Origin: Trueperaceae bacterium
Lineage (GTDB): Bacteria; Deinococcota; Deinococci; Deinococcales; Trueperaceae
NCBI GenBank assembly: GCA_040905465.1
Contig: JBBDRK010000054.1
Span: 31,708 to 95,707 of the forward strand
Length of the DNA: 64,000 nucleotides
Direction: 5' to 3'
Notes under the pieces: model-generated
Told to the model about the DNA's origin: nothing
Databases searched by the model: none
What the model saw: only the letters and a program-made list of their open reading frames with translations
Part shown: in pieces, positions 9,842-19,038 of the stretch
How positions within the stretch are numbered: the first letter of the stretch is position 1
Layout of the letters: each line of letters begins with the position of its first letter
Program-made: the position numbers and the translations under genes

Positions 9842-10013
9842 TTTTCCACACTTATCCACAGGTAACGTCGAGGCTGTGGAAAACACCAAGACGCGCGTGC
9901 TGCACAATGCTCACATAAAGGATGCCGTCCAGGACGCAATAACTCCGGTTTTCACCGAAGTCGATGTTCTAACAGAAACCTCATACTGTTGTCAAGAGGG
10001 TAAGTTATCCACA
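9842..10013. promoter_or_regulatory. DnaA-box cluster
   Basis: TTTTCCACA 9842-9850, TTATCCACA 9852-9860, inverted TGTGGAAAA 9875-9883, TTATCCACA 10005-10013, in a relatively AT-rich intergenic gap. Confidence 0.75.
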
Positions 10014-10114
10014 ACACCGGCGAGGCGCGCCGAAGAAGCGATCTGGAGCGTTCCAGGCGTACGAGGCGGCACGTACGAACCACCCTTCAGCGCCTGGCGG
10101 CGGAGGTAGTCGGC

Positions 10115-10423
10115 ATGAAAACGGCAGTCATCAACGACGCTCGCAAGTTCTCGCTCGAGGGCATCCGCAAGAACGAACTGTTGCAGACCGATGACCTGGA
10201 CGTCTCCCTGTTGTGCTTCGAAGCCGGTCAACGAGACGAGGAGAGCGTTCACGACTCGAGCTCGCTATATCAGGTGCTCGAGGGCGAGGCGCTGATCCAT
10301 CAGGGAGGCGACCGCGAAAGGCTGGGCAAGGGCAAGGTCGTGGCGGTGCCAGCCGGCTTGCCCCACATCCTGGAGAATGCCGGTGGAGGTCTACTGGTGG
10401 TGCTCGCCGCCAGGGTGCGCTGA
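10115..10423 (+). CDS. Cupin domain protein
   Basis: H..(YQVLEG)..VPAGLPH cupin pattern; GGAGG SD. Confidence 0.8.
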   Translation: MKTAVINDARKFSLEGIRKNELLQTDDLDVSLLCFEAGQRDEESVHDSSSLYQVLEGEALIHQGGDRERLGKGKVVAVPAGLPHILENAGGGLLVVLAARVR

Positions 10424-12105
10424 TGCCGGCTCGAGAGGGCCGGCTGAACAGCGGTGTGACCCTGGAGGAGCGCCGCGATCAGCCGTTTCGTGAAAGCCAC
10501 GAGGCGTGGCTGGGACTTGCGCGACAGGTCGAGGCCGACCGGCAGGCGTTGCGTGCCGGTGGGGGCGAGCGCGCGGTGGCGAGGCAACACGAGCGGGGCC
10601 GCCTGACAGCCCGCGAACGCATTGCCCTGTTGCTGGACGAAGGCGCGGAGTTCGATGAGCTCATGACGTTCGCCGGTTGGCGGATGTACCCGGAGGAGGG
10701 AGGAGCACCCTCTGGCGGGGTGATCACCGGGATAGGCCCGATTCTGGACCGCGACTGGCTAGTAGTCGCCAACGACGCCACCGTCAAGGCCGGCGCCTTC
10801 TTCCCCATTACCGCCAAGAAGGTTATCCGGGCACAGACCATCGCCATGGAGAACCGGCTGCCGCTCGTGTATCTGGTCGATTCGGCTGGCGTCTACCTGC
10901 CGATGCAGGATGAGATCTTTCCGGACCAGGACGACTTCGGTCGGGTGTTCTACCTGAACGCCCGCCTGAGCGCCCGGGGCGTGCCGCAGATAGCGGCGAT
11001 AATGGGCAACTGCGTCGCCGGCGGAGCCTATCTGCCGGTCATGAGCGACACGCTGCTCATGACGGAGGGATCGGGTCTCTACCTCGCCGGTCCGGCGCTG
11101 GTGAAAGCGGCCATCGGCCAGGAGGTCGACAGCGAGTCGCTCGGAGGAGCGGCCATGCACGCGGAGATCTCCGGTACGGTCGACTACCACGAGCCCGACG
11201 ACCGGGCCGCGTTGCGACGCATCCGCCGTCTGGCCGGTAACTACGCCGTCGGCGGCGAAGCGCCCTGGGCAAGGCAGCGCCGGCCCGCCACCGCACCCGC
11301 CGAACCGGAGAAGGACCTGACCGGCATCGTGCCGGCACAGGGCGGCAGCCGCCCCTACGAGATGCGCGAGCTGATAGCTCGCCTGGTCGACGGCTCGCAG
11401 TTCGACGAGTACAAGGCACGCTACGGCAAGACGCTGGTGTGCGGTCACGCCCGGCTGGGCGGTTTTCCGGTGGGGATAGTGGCGAATCAGCGCCGTGCGG
11501 TGAAGACGCGCGGTCGTCTCGAGGTGGGTGGCGTCATTTATGCCGACGCAGCGGACAAGGCGGCCAGGTTCATCCTCAACTGCAATCAGGGCGGCGTGCC
11601 GCTGCTCTTCATCCACGACGTAAGCGGGTTCATGGTCGGCCGCGACAGTGAGGAGCAAGGGATCATCAGGCGCGGCGCCAAGCTCGTCAACGCGGTCAGC
11701 AACTCGGTAGTGCCGCGCATCTCGTTGATAGTGGGCGGTTCCTACGGTGCCGGCCACTACGCGATGAGCGGGCGCGCCTACGCTCCGCGATTCCTGTTCG
11801 CCTGGCCCAGCGCACGCTATGCGGTCATGGGTGGCCAACAGGCGGCCAAGACCATACTCGACATACAGGCAGCGCAACTGCGCCGGCGCGGCGAGAAGCC
11901 CGATGACCACACCCTCGAACAGCTCTATCGGCGAATCCGCAGCGACTACGACGAAGCGCTCGACGTTCGTTACGCCGCCGCGCGACTCTGGGTCGACGAG
12001 GTGATCTTGCCTCTGGAGACGCGCCGGCGGCTGATCCGGGCGCTCGAAGCATGTGCTCGGAACCCCGATAGCGAGGAGTTCAAGCTAGGCGTATTCCAGG
12101 TGTGA
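10423..12105 (+). CDS. Acyl-CoA carboxylase carboxyltransferase subunit (MccB/LiuB-like)
   Basis: RGRLTARERI, VANDATVKAG, CVAGGAY, GFMVG and GSYGAG motifs; TGATG coupling to the cupin gene. Confidence 0.92.
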   Translation: MPAREGRLNSGVTLEERRDQPFRESHEAWLGLARQVEADRQALRAGGGERAVARQHERGRLTARERIALLLDEGAEFDELMTFAGWRMYPEEGGAPSGGVITGIGPILDRDWLVVANDATVKAGAFFPITAKKVIRAQTIAMENRLPLVYLVDSAGVYLPMQDEIFPDQDDFGRVFYLNARLSARGVPQIAAIMGNCVAGGAYLPVMSDTLLMTEGSGLYLAGPALVKAAIGQEVDSESLGGAAMHAEISGTVDYHEPDDRAALRRIRRLAGNYAVGGEAPWARQRRPATAPAEPEKDLTGIVPAQGGSRPYEMRELIARLVDGSQFDEYKARYGKTLVCGHARLGGFPVGIVANQRRAVKTRGRLEVGGVIYADAADKAARFILNCNQGGVPLLFIHDVSGFMVGRDSEEQGIIRRGAKLVNAVSNSVVPRISLIVGGSYGAGHYAMSGRAYAPRFLFAWPSARYAVMGGQQAAKTILDIQAAQLRRRGEKPDDHTLEQLYRRIRSDYDEALDVRYAAARLWVDEVILPLETRRRLIRALEACARNPDSEEFKLGVFQV

Positions 12106-12169
12106 GCGCACCGGGCTTCACGCGTAGACTTGCCGGTGTGAGACAACGGCTCCGTCATTGGACGGGCGA

Positions 12170-13855
12170 ATGAGCGTCGGCTTCCTCGCCCCCCAGTTCC
12201 TGTGGGCGCTGCTGGCGCTGCCGTTGGTGGTCGTTCTTCACTTCCTGCGCACCCGCAGGCGCCCGCACCTGGTCTCTGCCCTGTTCCTGTGGCGCAAGGC
12301 GCGCGAGGCGGCCGATGACCGCCGGCGCACGTCACCTACCTGGCTGCTGCTCCTGCAGCTGCTCTTCGCGGCCTTGGCGGCCCTGGCCCTGGCACGGCCG
12401 CTCGTGTCGTTCGAGGGCCGCCCGGACCGGGTGGTGGTGATCGACGCTTCGGCCAGCATGACCGCCCGCGCCCCCGCCGGAACCCGTCTCGACGAGGCCC
12501 GAAGCGTGGCTGAGGAACTCATGGCCGGCAGCGGCCGGGTCGCTCTGGTGCGCGCGGGGCTGGAGGCGGGCGTGAGTGTTCCGCTCACGGCAGAACGGAT
12601 CGACCTGCGGCGCGCCTTGCAGGCGTTCGAGGCAGGCGATCGGGACGCCGACCTGGTCAGGGCGCTCGCATTGGCCCACGCCCTCGTGCCCGAAGGGGAG
12701 GTGCACCTGATCAGCGACGGTCCGTCGCCGCCTGCGCGCGGCTTCTTCTACCATCCGGTGGGCGCAAGAGCCGTGAACTACGGGATCACCACGTTCGACA
12801 GCAGCCTCGGCCAGGCCTACGTTGCGGTCACCTCGAACGACCCGCGCCCTCAGGAGATACCGGTCGAGCTGGTGCGGGACGGCAGCGTACTCGCCCGCAC
12901 TACGCTGCTGGTGCCGGCGATGGGACAGTCGGGAGTGACCTTTCCGGTAGCCGAAGCCGACGGATTCATCGCCGCGCGACTGCAGGTGCCGCCACAGGAC
13001 GCCCTGGCGCTCGACGATGTTGCATATGCGGGGCAGCGACGGTTGACGGTAGCCGTGGGCGAGGAGTCGGCGTCGGTCACCCGGGCCCTGCAGTCGCTGT
13101 CGGGCATCGAGTATCGGGTCACGGTCAACGCCGGGGAGGTGACGGCCGACGCGCGGGTCCTGTTCGGAGTCGCCGACGACGAGCTTCCCCCCGGCAACGT
13201 GCTGGTCTTCCGGGCGGCGGCCGAGGAGCCCCGCTACCTGGCGATCCGCGACTGGGATCAGAGCGACAGCCTGCTGCGCTTCGTCGACCTGCGGGACGTC
13301 GTGGTGGGTATATCGCCCGAAGCGCCGAGCGAGGACGAACCGGGCTGGGAAACCTTGGCCCGGGCCGCCAACCTCACCCCGGTCCTGAGCCGAAGGCGAA
13401 ACGACGACGGCACCGTGATACGGGCCTCATTTCATCCGAGCCAGACCGACCTGGTCCTGCGACCGGCATTCCCGGCGTTCATGGCCAACGCGATGAATGA
13501 GTTCCGGGGCCTCTCTACCGTTCCGTTGGGCGCGACCGTAGGCCAGGCGGTAGACGCCGAAGGACGGACGGTGGGGCGAATCCTGGCGCCCGGCGTCTAC
13601 CGGCTGCCAGACGGTACGGACGACGGCACGAACGCAGGGATGGTCGCAGCCAGCCTGCTGTCGGCAGGCGAAACGCGCCTGCCCTCACCGGAAGCGGCGC
13701 CCGCCCGGGCCGCCGAGCGGACCGGTGACAGCTCAGAGACGGTGAGTGCCAACCGCGGGCTGGCTCTGTGGCTGGCGCTGGCCGCGGCCGCCCTGCTGCT
13801 GCTGGAGTGGATCGCCTGGTCGCGGGGCGCGACCGGCTGGTTGAGAGGAAATTGA
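12170..13855 (+). CDS. BatA-N/vWA domain membrane protein
   Basis: BatA-like N-terminus, VIDASASM MIDAS motif, C-terminal LLLEW TM. Confidence 0.85.
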   Translation: MSVGFLAPQFLWALLALPLVVVLHFLRTRRRPHLVSALFLWRKAREAADDRRRTSPTWLLLLQLLFAALAALALARPLVSFEGRPDRVVVIDASASMTARAPAGTRLDEARSVAEELMAGSGRVALVRAGLEAGVSVPLTAERIDLRRALQAFEAGDRDADLVRALALAHALVPEGEVHLISDGPSPPARGFFYHPVGARAVNYGITTFDSSLGQAYVAVTSNDPRPQEIPVELVRDGSVLARTTLLVPAMGQSGVTFPVAEADGFIAARLQVPPQDALALDDVAYAGQRRLTVAVGEESASVTRALQSLSGIEYRVTVNAGEVTADARVLFGVADDELPPGNVLVFRAAAEEPRYLAIRDWDQSDSLLRFVDLRDVVVGISPEAPSEDEPGWETLARAANLTPVLSRRRNDDGTVIRASFHPSQTDLVLRPAFPAFMANAMNEFRGLSTVPLGATVGQAVDAEGRTVGRILAPGVYRLPDGTDDGTNAGMVAASLLSAGETRLPSPEAAPARAAERTGDSSETVSANRGLALWLALAAAALLLLEWIAWSRGATGWLRGN

Positions 13856-13930
13856 CTCCGGACTAGCGTACGTCGATTCACTACCGCCTCCTTCCATGGT
13901 TGCTAGGCTGATGAGCGGAGGAGCCCCCCT

Positions 13931-14992
13931 GTGGTCCGTAGCGATCTCAGCCTGCCGATAGTCATAGCCTTCCTAATTGCTGCGGGACTGCTGACGCTCA
14001 GTACGGCCGCGCCGTCCAACGAGTTCATGCGTCAGTTGCTGTTCTTGGCGGTGTCGGTCGGCGGCTGCGTCCTGGTGCTGTGGGCGGGTCGCCGGCGGGT
14101 GCTCAGGTTCGCGTTTCCGCTGTACTGGCTCACCATCTTCCTGCTGTTGTTGACCCGGGTCATCGGGACCGAGGTAAACGGCGCGCGATCATGGCTCGAC
14201 CTGGGTCCGTTGCCGGGGTTCCAACCATCGGAGTTGTCGAAGATAGCGCTCATCATGGCGCTGGCGGTCACCCTCCACGACCGGCCGATTCGCGGTTTCG
14301 GAGCTTATGTTCGTCCGGTACTGCTGATGCTGTTGCCGGTCGGCCTTGTCCTGGCCGAGCCCGACCTCGGCAGCGGGCTGGTGCTGGCGGCCATTGGCGG
14401 CGGGCTGCTCCTGGTCAGGGGAATTCCCTGGAGGCACCTGGTTCTGTTCGTCGCCCTGTTCGCGGTAGCCGTTCCCACGGTGGCGTTGCCGAACCTCAAA
14501 CCACACCAAAGGGCCCGCCTGGTGTCGTTCCTGAACCCGGCGGCAGACCCCCAGGGAAGCGGATATCAGGTCATCCAGTCGACGATCGCGGTTGGTTCGG
14601 GCGGCCTGCTCGGCAAGGGTTACAAGCAGGGAACCCAGTCGCAGCTCGGCTTCATCCCCTACCGGCATACCGACTTCATCTTCCCTGTGCTCGCCGAGGA
14701 GGGGGGCTTCCTGTCAGCGGTGGCTCTGTTGCTGCTCTACGGCCTGCTCTTCTGGCGGTTGGTGGCGATGGCGGCGGAGTGCCCATTCGAGCGGGACCAG
14801 TTCATCATCATCGGCGTTCTGGTGCTCATCGGCTTCCAGGTAATCGTGAACGTGGGCGTAACGCTGGGGCTTGCCCCGGTCACCGGGATAACGCTGCCGC
14901 TGGTGTCGTATGGCGGCACCAGCCTGGTATCGACGATGATGGCGCTGGCGCTCGCCTACGTTGCCCACAGGGACCGTTATGGCGACTGGTAG
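13931..14992 (+). CDS. rodA: SEDS family peptidoglycan polymerase RodA
   Basis: FQPSE, EPDLG, GYQVIQS..AVGSGG, HTDFIF and SYGGTS motifs. Confidence 0.88.
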   Translation: MVRSDLSLPIVIAFLIAAGLLTLSTAAPSNEFMRQLLFLAVSVGGCVLVLWAGRRRVLRFAFPLYWLTIFLLLLTRVIGTEVNGARSWLDLGPLPGFQPSELSKIALIMALAVTLHDRPIRGFGAYVRPVLLMLLPVGLVLAEPDLGSGLVLAAIGGGLLLVRGIPWRHLVLFVALFAVAVPTVALPNLKPHQRARLVSFLNPAADPQGSGYQVIQSTIAVGSGGLLGKGYKQGTQSQLGFIPYRHTDFIFPVLAEEGGFLSAVALLLLYGLLFWRLVAMAAECPFERDQFIIIGVLVLIGFQVIVNVGVTLGLAPVTGITLPLVSYGGTSLVSTMMALALAYVAHRDRYGDW

Positions 14993-15051
14993 CGGCCTCG
15001 GCCGGCGCGGCTCACGTTTCGCAGCGCCACACTGCTGCTACAGTGGCGGCG

Positions 15052-15582
15052 ATGAGACTAAAAGGTGTCTTGATAACCTTCGTGGTGGTCGTGGGCCTGA
15101 TCTTCGCGGCGGTGAACTGGCAGGTGCTGTTCGCGGCCACTCCCGTCAACCTACTGGTCGCGACGGTGGAAGTGCCACTGGGAATCTCGCTGCTGGCGTT
15201 CGCCGTGGGCCTGAGTCTGCTCTTCTTTTTGGCGGCGCTTTGGGAGCGTGCCGGTCAGTTGCGTCAGGTAACCCATCAGGAGCGGCTCATCGAGGAGTTG
15301 CGGGTGCGACTCGACCGCCAGCAGTCGGCGGAGATCGCCTCGCTGGAGGGCGTTCTGGTAGATCGCACCGACCTGATTCGGCAACAGCTGGAGAACGACA
15401 GCGGGCGCGTGGAGGCCAATTTGCGCGAGAGCCTGCTCGAGCTGGAGGAGAGGCTGAACTCGCGAATGGAGACGCTCCAGGAGCGGGTGGTGATGGTGCG
15501 CAACGAGCTGGCGGCCGACATCGGCGAGTTGGAGGGCCGGCTGCAGGGCCCGGATCGCGACGAGGTGCCGGAAACGGGCTGA
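15052..15582 (+). CDS. LapA/DUF1049-like membrane protein with coiled-coil tail
   Basis: Two N-terminal TMs (FAAVN...PL), helical charged C-terminus; TACAGT 7 nt upstream of ATG. Confidence 0.7.
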   Translation: MRLKGVLITFVVVVGLIFAAVNWQVLFAATPVNLLVATVEVPLGISLLAFAVGLSLLFFLAALWERAGQLRQVTHQERLIEELRVRLDRQQSAEIASLEGVLVDRTDLIRQQLENDSGRVEANLRESLLELEERLNSRMETLQERVVMVRNELAADIGELEGRLQGPDRDEVPETG

Positions 15583-16088
15583 GCGGTCGGCTGACCTTGG
15601 TCCTGTCGTTTCTGCTGGTCGTTGTTCAGGTCGCCTTCGCACAGTCTCTGCTGGCGGCCTCCGGCGAGGTGCCGAGAGAGCTCGGAGCCGGCGATAGCGG
15701 CATCGTGCACCTCAACTTTCGTCTCGACGATCCCGGCCTTAGGTTCGACCGGGGCGTGCTGTTCCTGAACATCGTGGAGAACAGTCGCGAGCGGAACTAC
15801 CCGCAAGCGGCGCATAGGGTGTTCTCGGGCGCGTCGGAGGAGCCTGCGATCTTTCGGCGGGTGTTTGACGCCTCCGAACTGTCCGAAGGGCTGGAGACGG
15901 TCCTGCGGTTCCAGACTCGTGGGCGTGCGCCCCCTGGCGAGTACGTGCTGGTGGTCCAGCTCTTCGGTGGAGACCAGACCGATCCGCACCGGGTGCGCGC
16001 GGAGGACAAGTTGGGGCATGCGTCGTTTCCGTTCCGGATAGTCGATGGCCGTGCCGCTGCCGCCTCGTCACCGGTCGAGAAGGACTGA
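15579..16088 (+). CDS. Hypothetical secreted protein (probable CTG start; TTG 15597 is the alternative)
   Basis: SGRLTLVLSFLLVVVQVAFA|QS signal peptide; CTGA overlap with the upstream stop. Confidence 0.6.
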   Translation: MSGRLTLVLSFLLVVVQVAFAQSLLAASGEVPRELGAGDSGIVHLNFRLDDPGLRFDRGVLFLNIVENSRERNYPQAAHRVFSGASEEPAIFRRVFDASELSEGLETVLRFQTRGRAPPGEYVLVVQLFGGDQTDPHRVRAEDKLGHASFPFRIVDGRAAAASSPVEKD

Positions 16089-16160
16089 GCGCCAACCGGG
16101 TCGCTCGAAGCGCCACCGTCCGCTACCGGCCCCGGCCGCGGATTCTGATACCTTTACGAT

Positions 16161-16496
16161 ATGAACGAGACGCTGGACAAGGACGTTCTGCGCGAGCAGA
16201 TACTGGAGGCCCTCAAGGTCGTCAAGGATCCGGAGATCCCGGTGAACGTGGTGGATCTGGGCCTGATCTACGACGTGCGCATCGAAGAGGACGGAGCGGT
16301 AGATATCGACATGACCCTCACGAGCATGGGCTGCCCTGTCCAGGACATGATCGAGGCAGACACCGAGTTGGCGGCGATGAAGGTAGAAGGTGTCCGGCGG
16401 GTGAATGTCGAGTTCGTCTGGTCGCCGCCCTGGTCGCCCCAGAAGATGACCGATGACGGCAAGAAGCAGATGAAGATGTTCGGCTTCAACATCTGA
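16161..16496 (+). CDS. DUF59/SufT-like Fe-S cluster assembly protein
   Basis: VKDPEIPVNVVDLGLIY, MTLTSMGCP and WSPPW motifs. Confidence 0.9.
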   Translation: MNETLDKDVLREQILEALKVVKDPEIPVNVVDLGLIYDVRIEEDGAVDIDMTLTSMGCPVQDMIEADTELAAMKVEGVRRVNVEFVWSPPWSPQKMTDDGKKQMKMFGFNI

Positions 16497-16546
16497 ACAC
16501 GCGCTCCCGTGTCCCCTGAACGGCGTGCGCCGGGTAAGCTGGCCGC

Positions 16547-17167
16547 ATGTTTCTGCGCTGGTGGCGTCGCCGTGATCCGCTCGAGAGGGCCTGGAAGAAC
16601 GTCACCAGCCGGCTCGGACTGGTAGCTGCCGAGGACGGCACTGCCGTGGTCACCGAAATGCTGGACTTGCCCGGCGACGTGGTACTCGGAGCCGTCCATC
16701 GGCTGGATCGGGCCGGCGATCTGCAAGCCTACGCCTTCTGGTACCGCCGCTCCCCGCACTCCCGCTCACGTGAACAGGTCGTGGTGATCGCCTGCCTGCT
16801 GGTGGCGGCGAGCCCTATCTCGCCGGTCTCCTGGCGAGCATCACGCAAGCTGCACAATGTCATCGCTTCACTTCAGGCCAGCGCCACCGGCGGCGAGGTG
16901 ATCGCGGTCGAAGGCGCCGAAGAGTTCAATCAGCGGGTGACGGTGGTTGCGCGCGAAGGCGAACGCCTGCGCGGGCTGCTTACGCCGGCAGTCCGGCGCG
17001 TTCTCGAGCGCGCGGTCACCAGGCTGGATCCGCCGCCGGCGATAACGGTGGGGGAGAGCAGCATCCTGCTGGCTGCTACCTCGGCCGAACCCGCGCTCGA
17101 CACGGTCGAGTTCCTGTTGAGCGACGTTCTGAGCCTCTATGCTGCCCTGAACGGCGACCCAGGCTGA
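16547..17167 (+). CDS. Hypothetical protein
   Basis: ATG preceded by TAAGCT at 6 nt; plausible composition. Confidence 0.65.
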   Translation: MFLRWWRRRDPLERAWKNVTSRLGLVAAEDGTAVVTEMLDLPGDVVLGAVHRLDRAGDLQAYAFWYRRSPHSRSREQVVVIACLLVAASPISPVSWRASRKLHNVIASLQASATGGEVIAVEGAEEFNQRVTVVAREGERLRGLLTPAVRRVLERAVTRLDPPPAITVGESSILLAATSAEPALDTVEFLLSDVLSLYAALNGDPG

Positions 17168-17211
17168 GCGGGCCGCGGTTCCTGCAGCCGAATTGCCGGC
17201 AGCAGGCCGGG

Positions 17212-17670
17212 TCAGTCGCGGTGATACGGATGGCCGGCGCGGATCGTCTCCGCGCGATAGAGCTGCTCGAGCAGCACCAGGCGCGCCAGTTCGTGGGGAA
17301 GCGTCAGCGGCGAGAGGCTCCAGAGCTCGTCGGCGCGATCCCTGACCACATCGGCCAGGCCTCCCGCCCCACCCACGAGCAGCGTCAGCATGCTGACGCC
17401 GGCAAGCTCGAGCTCGTCGAGCCGGCCAGCGAGCTCCCGGCTGCGAAAGCCCCTGCCCCGTTCATCCAGGGCCGCGACCCGCCCTTCGCTCAGCGCCAGC
17501 AGTGACGCCGCTTCCGCCTGTGGCACCTGGTGGGGAGCGCCGCCCCGGCCCTCTTTCACCTCGACCATCTCGGTGCGTCCGAACACCTGCAACCGGTCGA
17601 GATAGTGCTGACAGGCCTGCTGGTAGAATCCCCGGCGCAATTTGCCGACGGCGGCTATTCGGTAGCGCAC
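17212..17670 (-). CDS. rlmH: 23S rRNA m3Psi1915 methyltransferase
   Basis: LDERG, LSPLTLPHELARLVLLEQLYRA and GHPYH motifs. Confidence 0.95.
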   Translation of the reverse strand: MRYRIAAVGKLRRGFYQQACQHYLDRLQVFGRTEMVEVKEGRGGAPHQVPQAEAASLLALSEGRVAALDERGRGFRSRELAGRLDELELAGVSMLTLLVGGAGGLADVVRDRADELWSLSPLTLPHELARLVLLEQLYRAETIRAGHPYHRD

Positions 17671-17710
17671 GCGGCTCCGGCGCCGGTCGGCGGCCGAAGC
17701 AATCGTGCCG

Positions 17711-18631
17711 TCAGGACCGTTCCTCGGGTCGGCCGGCTCCGGTGCCCGGTTCCGCGTCCCTGTTAGCGTCCTCCTTGGCAGGCGGCAGCTCGAGTCCGAG
17801 CTTGTCCATGAATTCGCGCTGGCGGCTGCGGCGCATTCCGCTCGCCGCCAGTCCGGCCAGGAGCTTGTCCATGTCGATCGCTTCGCGGACCAGGTCGAGC
17901 TCGCCGCGCGCCAGCGATCGACCCTGCAAGATGTGCTCCTCGAAGGCTTGGTAAGCCATGGGAGCCACCGCCTGCACGCATCGGGCGATCGCGTCTCCGT
18001 ACGCCCTTATTTCGAACTGCGCGTGCCAGTCCATCCGCAGCCGCAGGAAGTGGAACAGGTTGTGCAGGTCCTGCTTCCAGTAGAACTCGGTATACAGGCC
18101 CACCGGAAGGACCTCGCGCGCCATCTCGCGGGCCACGCCGGCTTCCAGCAACTCGTTGTAGGTCTGGTAGCTCCGGCGCAGGGCGGTGTCGAAAGCTTCG
18201 CTGGCGTACTGTGCCGCCGCCGGTTCCACCGGTCCCTCGCCAACCTGGCGACTGCGCTTGCCCTGTGCCCGCACCTGCTCGGGGGTCGGAAGGTAGAACT
18301 CGTCGGGCAGGACGGAATATCTGCCGCTGACCTCGTTCGCGCTCGCGGTGCGGTGTCGCATCGCTTGCCTGGCGACGAAGATCGGAGCCTTTATGTGCAG
18401 GGTCAGCTCCACCATTTCGAACGGAGACGTGTGGCGGTTTCGGAGCAGGAAGTCGATCAGCGCGGCGTCTTCGCGCACGGTCTTGGTGCCCTCGCCGTAG
18501 GAGACCCGCGCCGCCTGGACTATTCGGGCGTCGTTTCCCAGGTAGTCCACCAACCGGACGAAGCCGTGATCCAGCACTCGAATCGGGCTGTCCAGCATGG
18601 CGTCCGCGGCAGGTGAGCTGTTTCTGGCCAT
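17711..18631 (-). CDS. thyX: FAD-dependent thymidylate synthase
   Basis: RHTSPFE, RHRTASANEVSGRY and HAQFEIR motifs; TACAAT 5 nt upstream of ATG. Confidence 0.95.
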   Translation of the reverse strand: MARNSSPAADAMLDSPIRVLDHGFVRLVDYLGNDARIVQAARVSYGEGTKTVREDAALIDFLLRNRHTSPFEMVELTLHIKAPIFVARQAMRHRTASANEVSGRYSVLPDEFYLPTPEQVRAQGKRSRQVGEGPVEPAAAQYASEAFDTALRRSYQTYNELLEAGVAREMAREVLPVGLYTEFYWKQDLHNLFHFLRLRMDWHAQFEIRAYGDAIARCVQAVAPMAYQAFEEHILQGRSLARGELDLVREAIDMDKLLAGLAASGMRRSRQREFMDKLGLELPPAKEDANRDAEPGTGAGRPEERS

Positions 18632-18808
18632 GAGAGATTGTACCCCGCGCGCCCCGGTCTGAAACTTCCGGATCGCATGAGATGCCGATAGGAGTTCAGC
18701 TTCCTTTGCCCGGCCACTCTCATGAAAGTGTGATGAGAAACACCTCGAGAAGAGGTAAAATTCACGCGCAAAACCCGTTGTAATCGGCCTCATTGGGGCC
18801 TCACCACA

Positions 18809-18837
18809 TTGACAGAGGCATCCCCCTATGTGATACT
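18809..18837 (+). promoter_or_regulatory. Strong sigma70-type promoter of slpA
   Basis: TTGACA-N17-GATACT with extended -10 TG. Confidence 0.75.
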
Positions 18838-19038
18838 TTCCCTGGATTTGCGTGAGATCGGGGTCGCACCGGAAGGAGGTGCACCACTTGAACCGGCTTC
18901 GAGAGAACGCATATTCCGGCGGGAACGGTTCACGGACCGAGGCTTTCGGAGGAAACACGGAAACTCCATTTGCCACCGTCCCATGTCAACCCCGCCGCAA
19001 CGAGCACAACTTCATCAAGTTCAAGGGGTACACCAAGA

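Noticed and set aside
9759-10109. 116-aa ORF across the DnaA boxes
   Set aside because: Atypical composition, no motifs; better explained as non-coding DNA
16762-16777. parS-like CACGTG core
   Set aside because: Flanks do not match GTTTCACGTGAAAC and it lies inside a CDS
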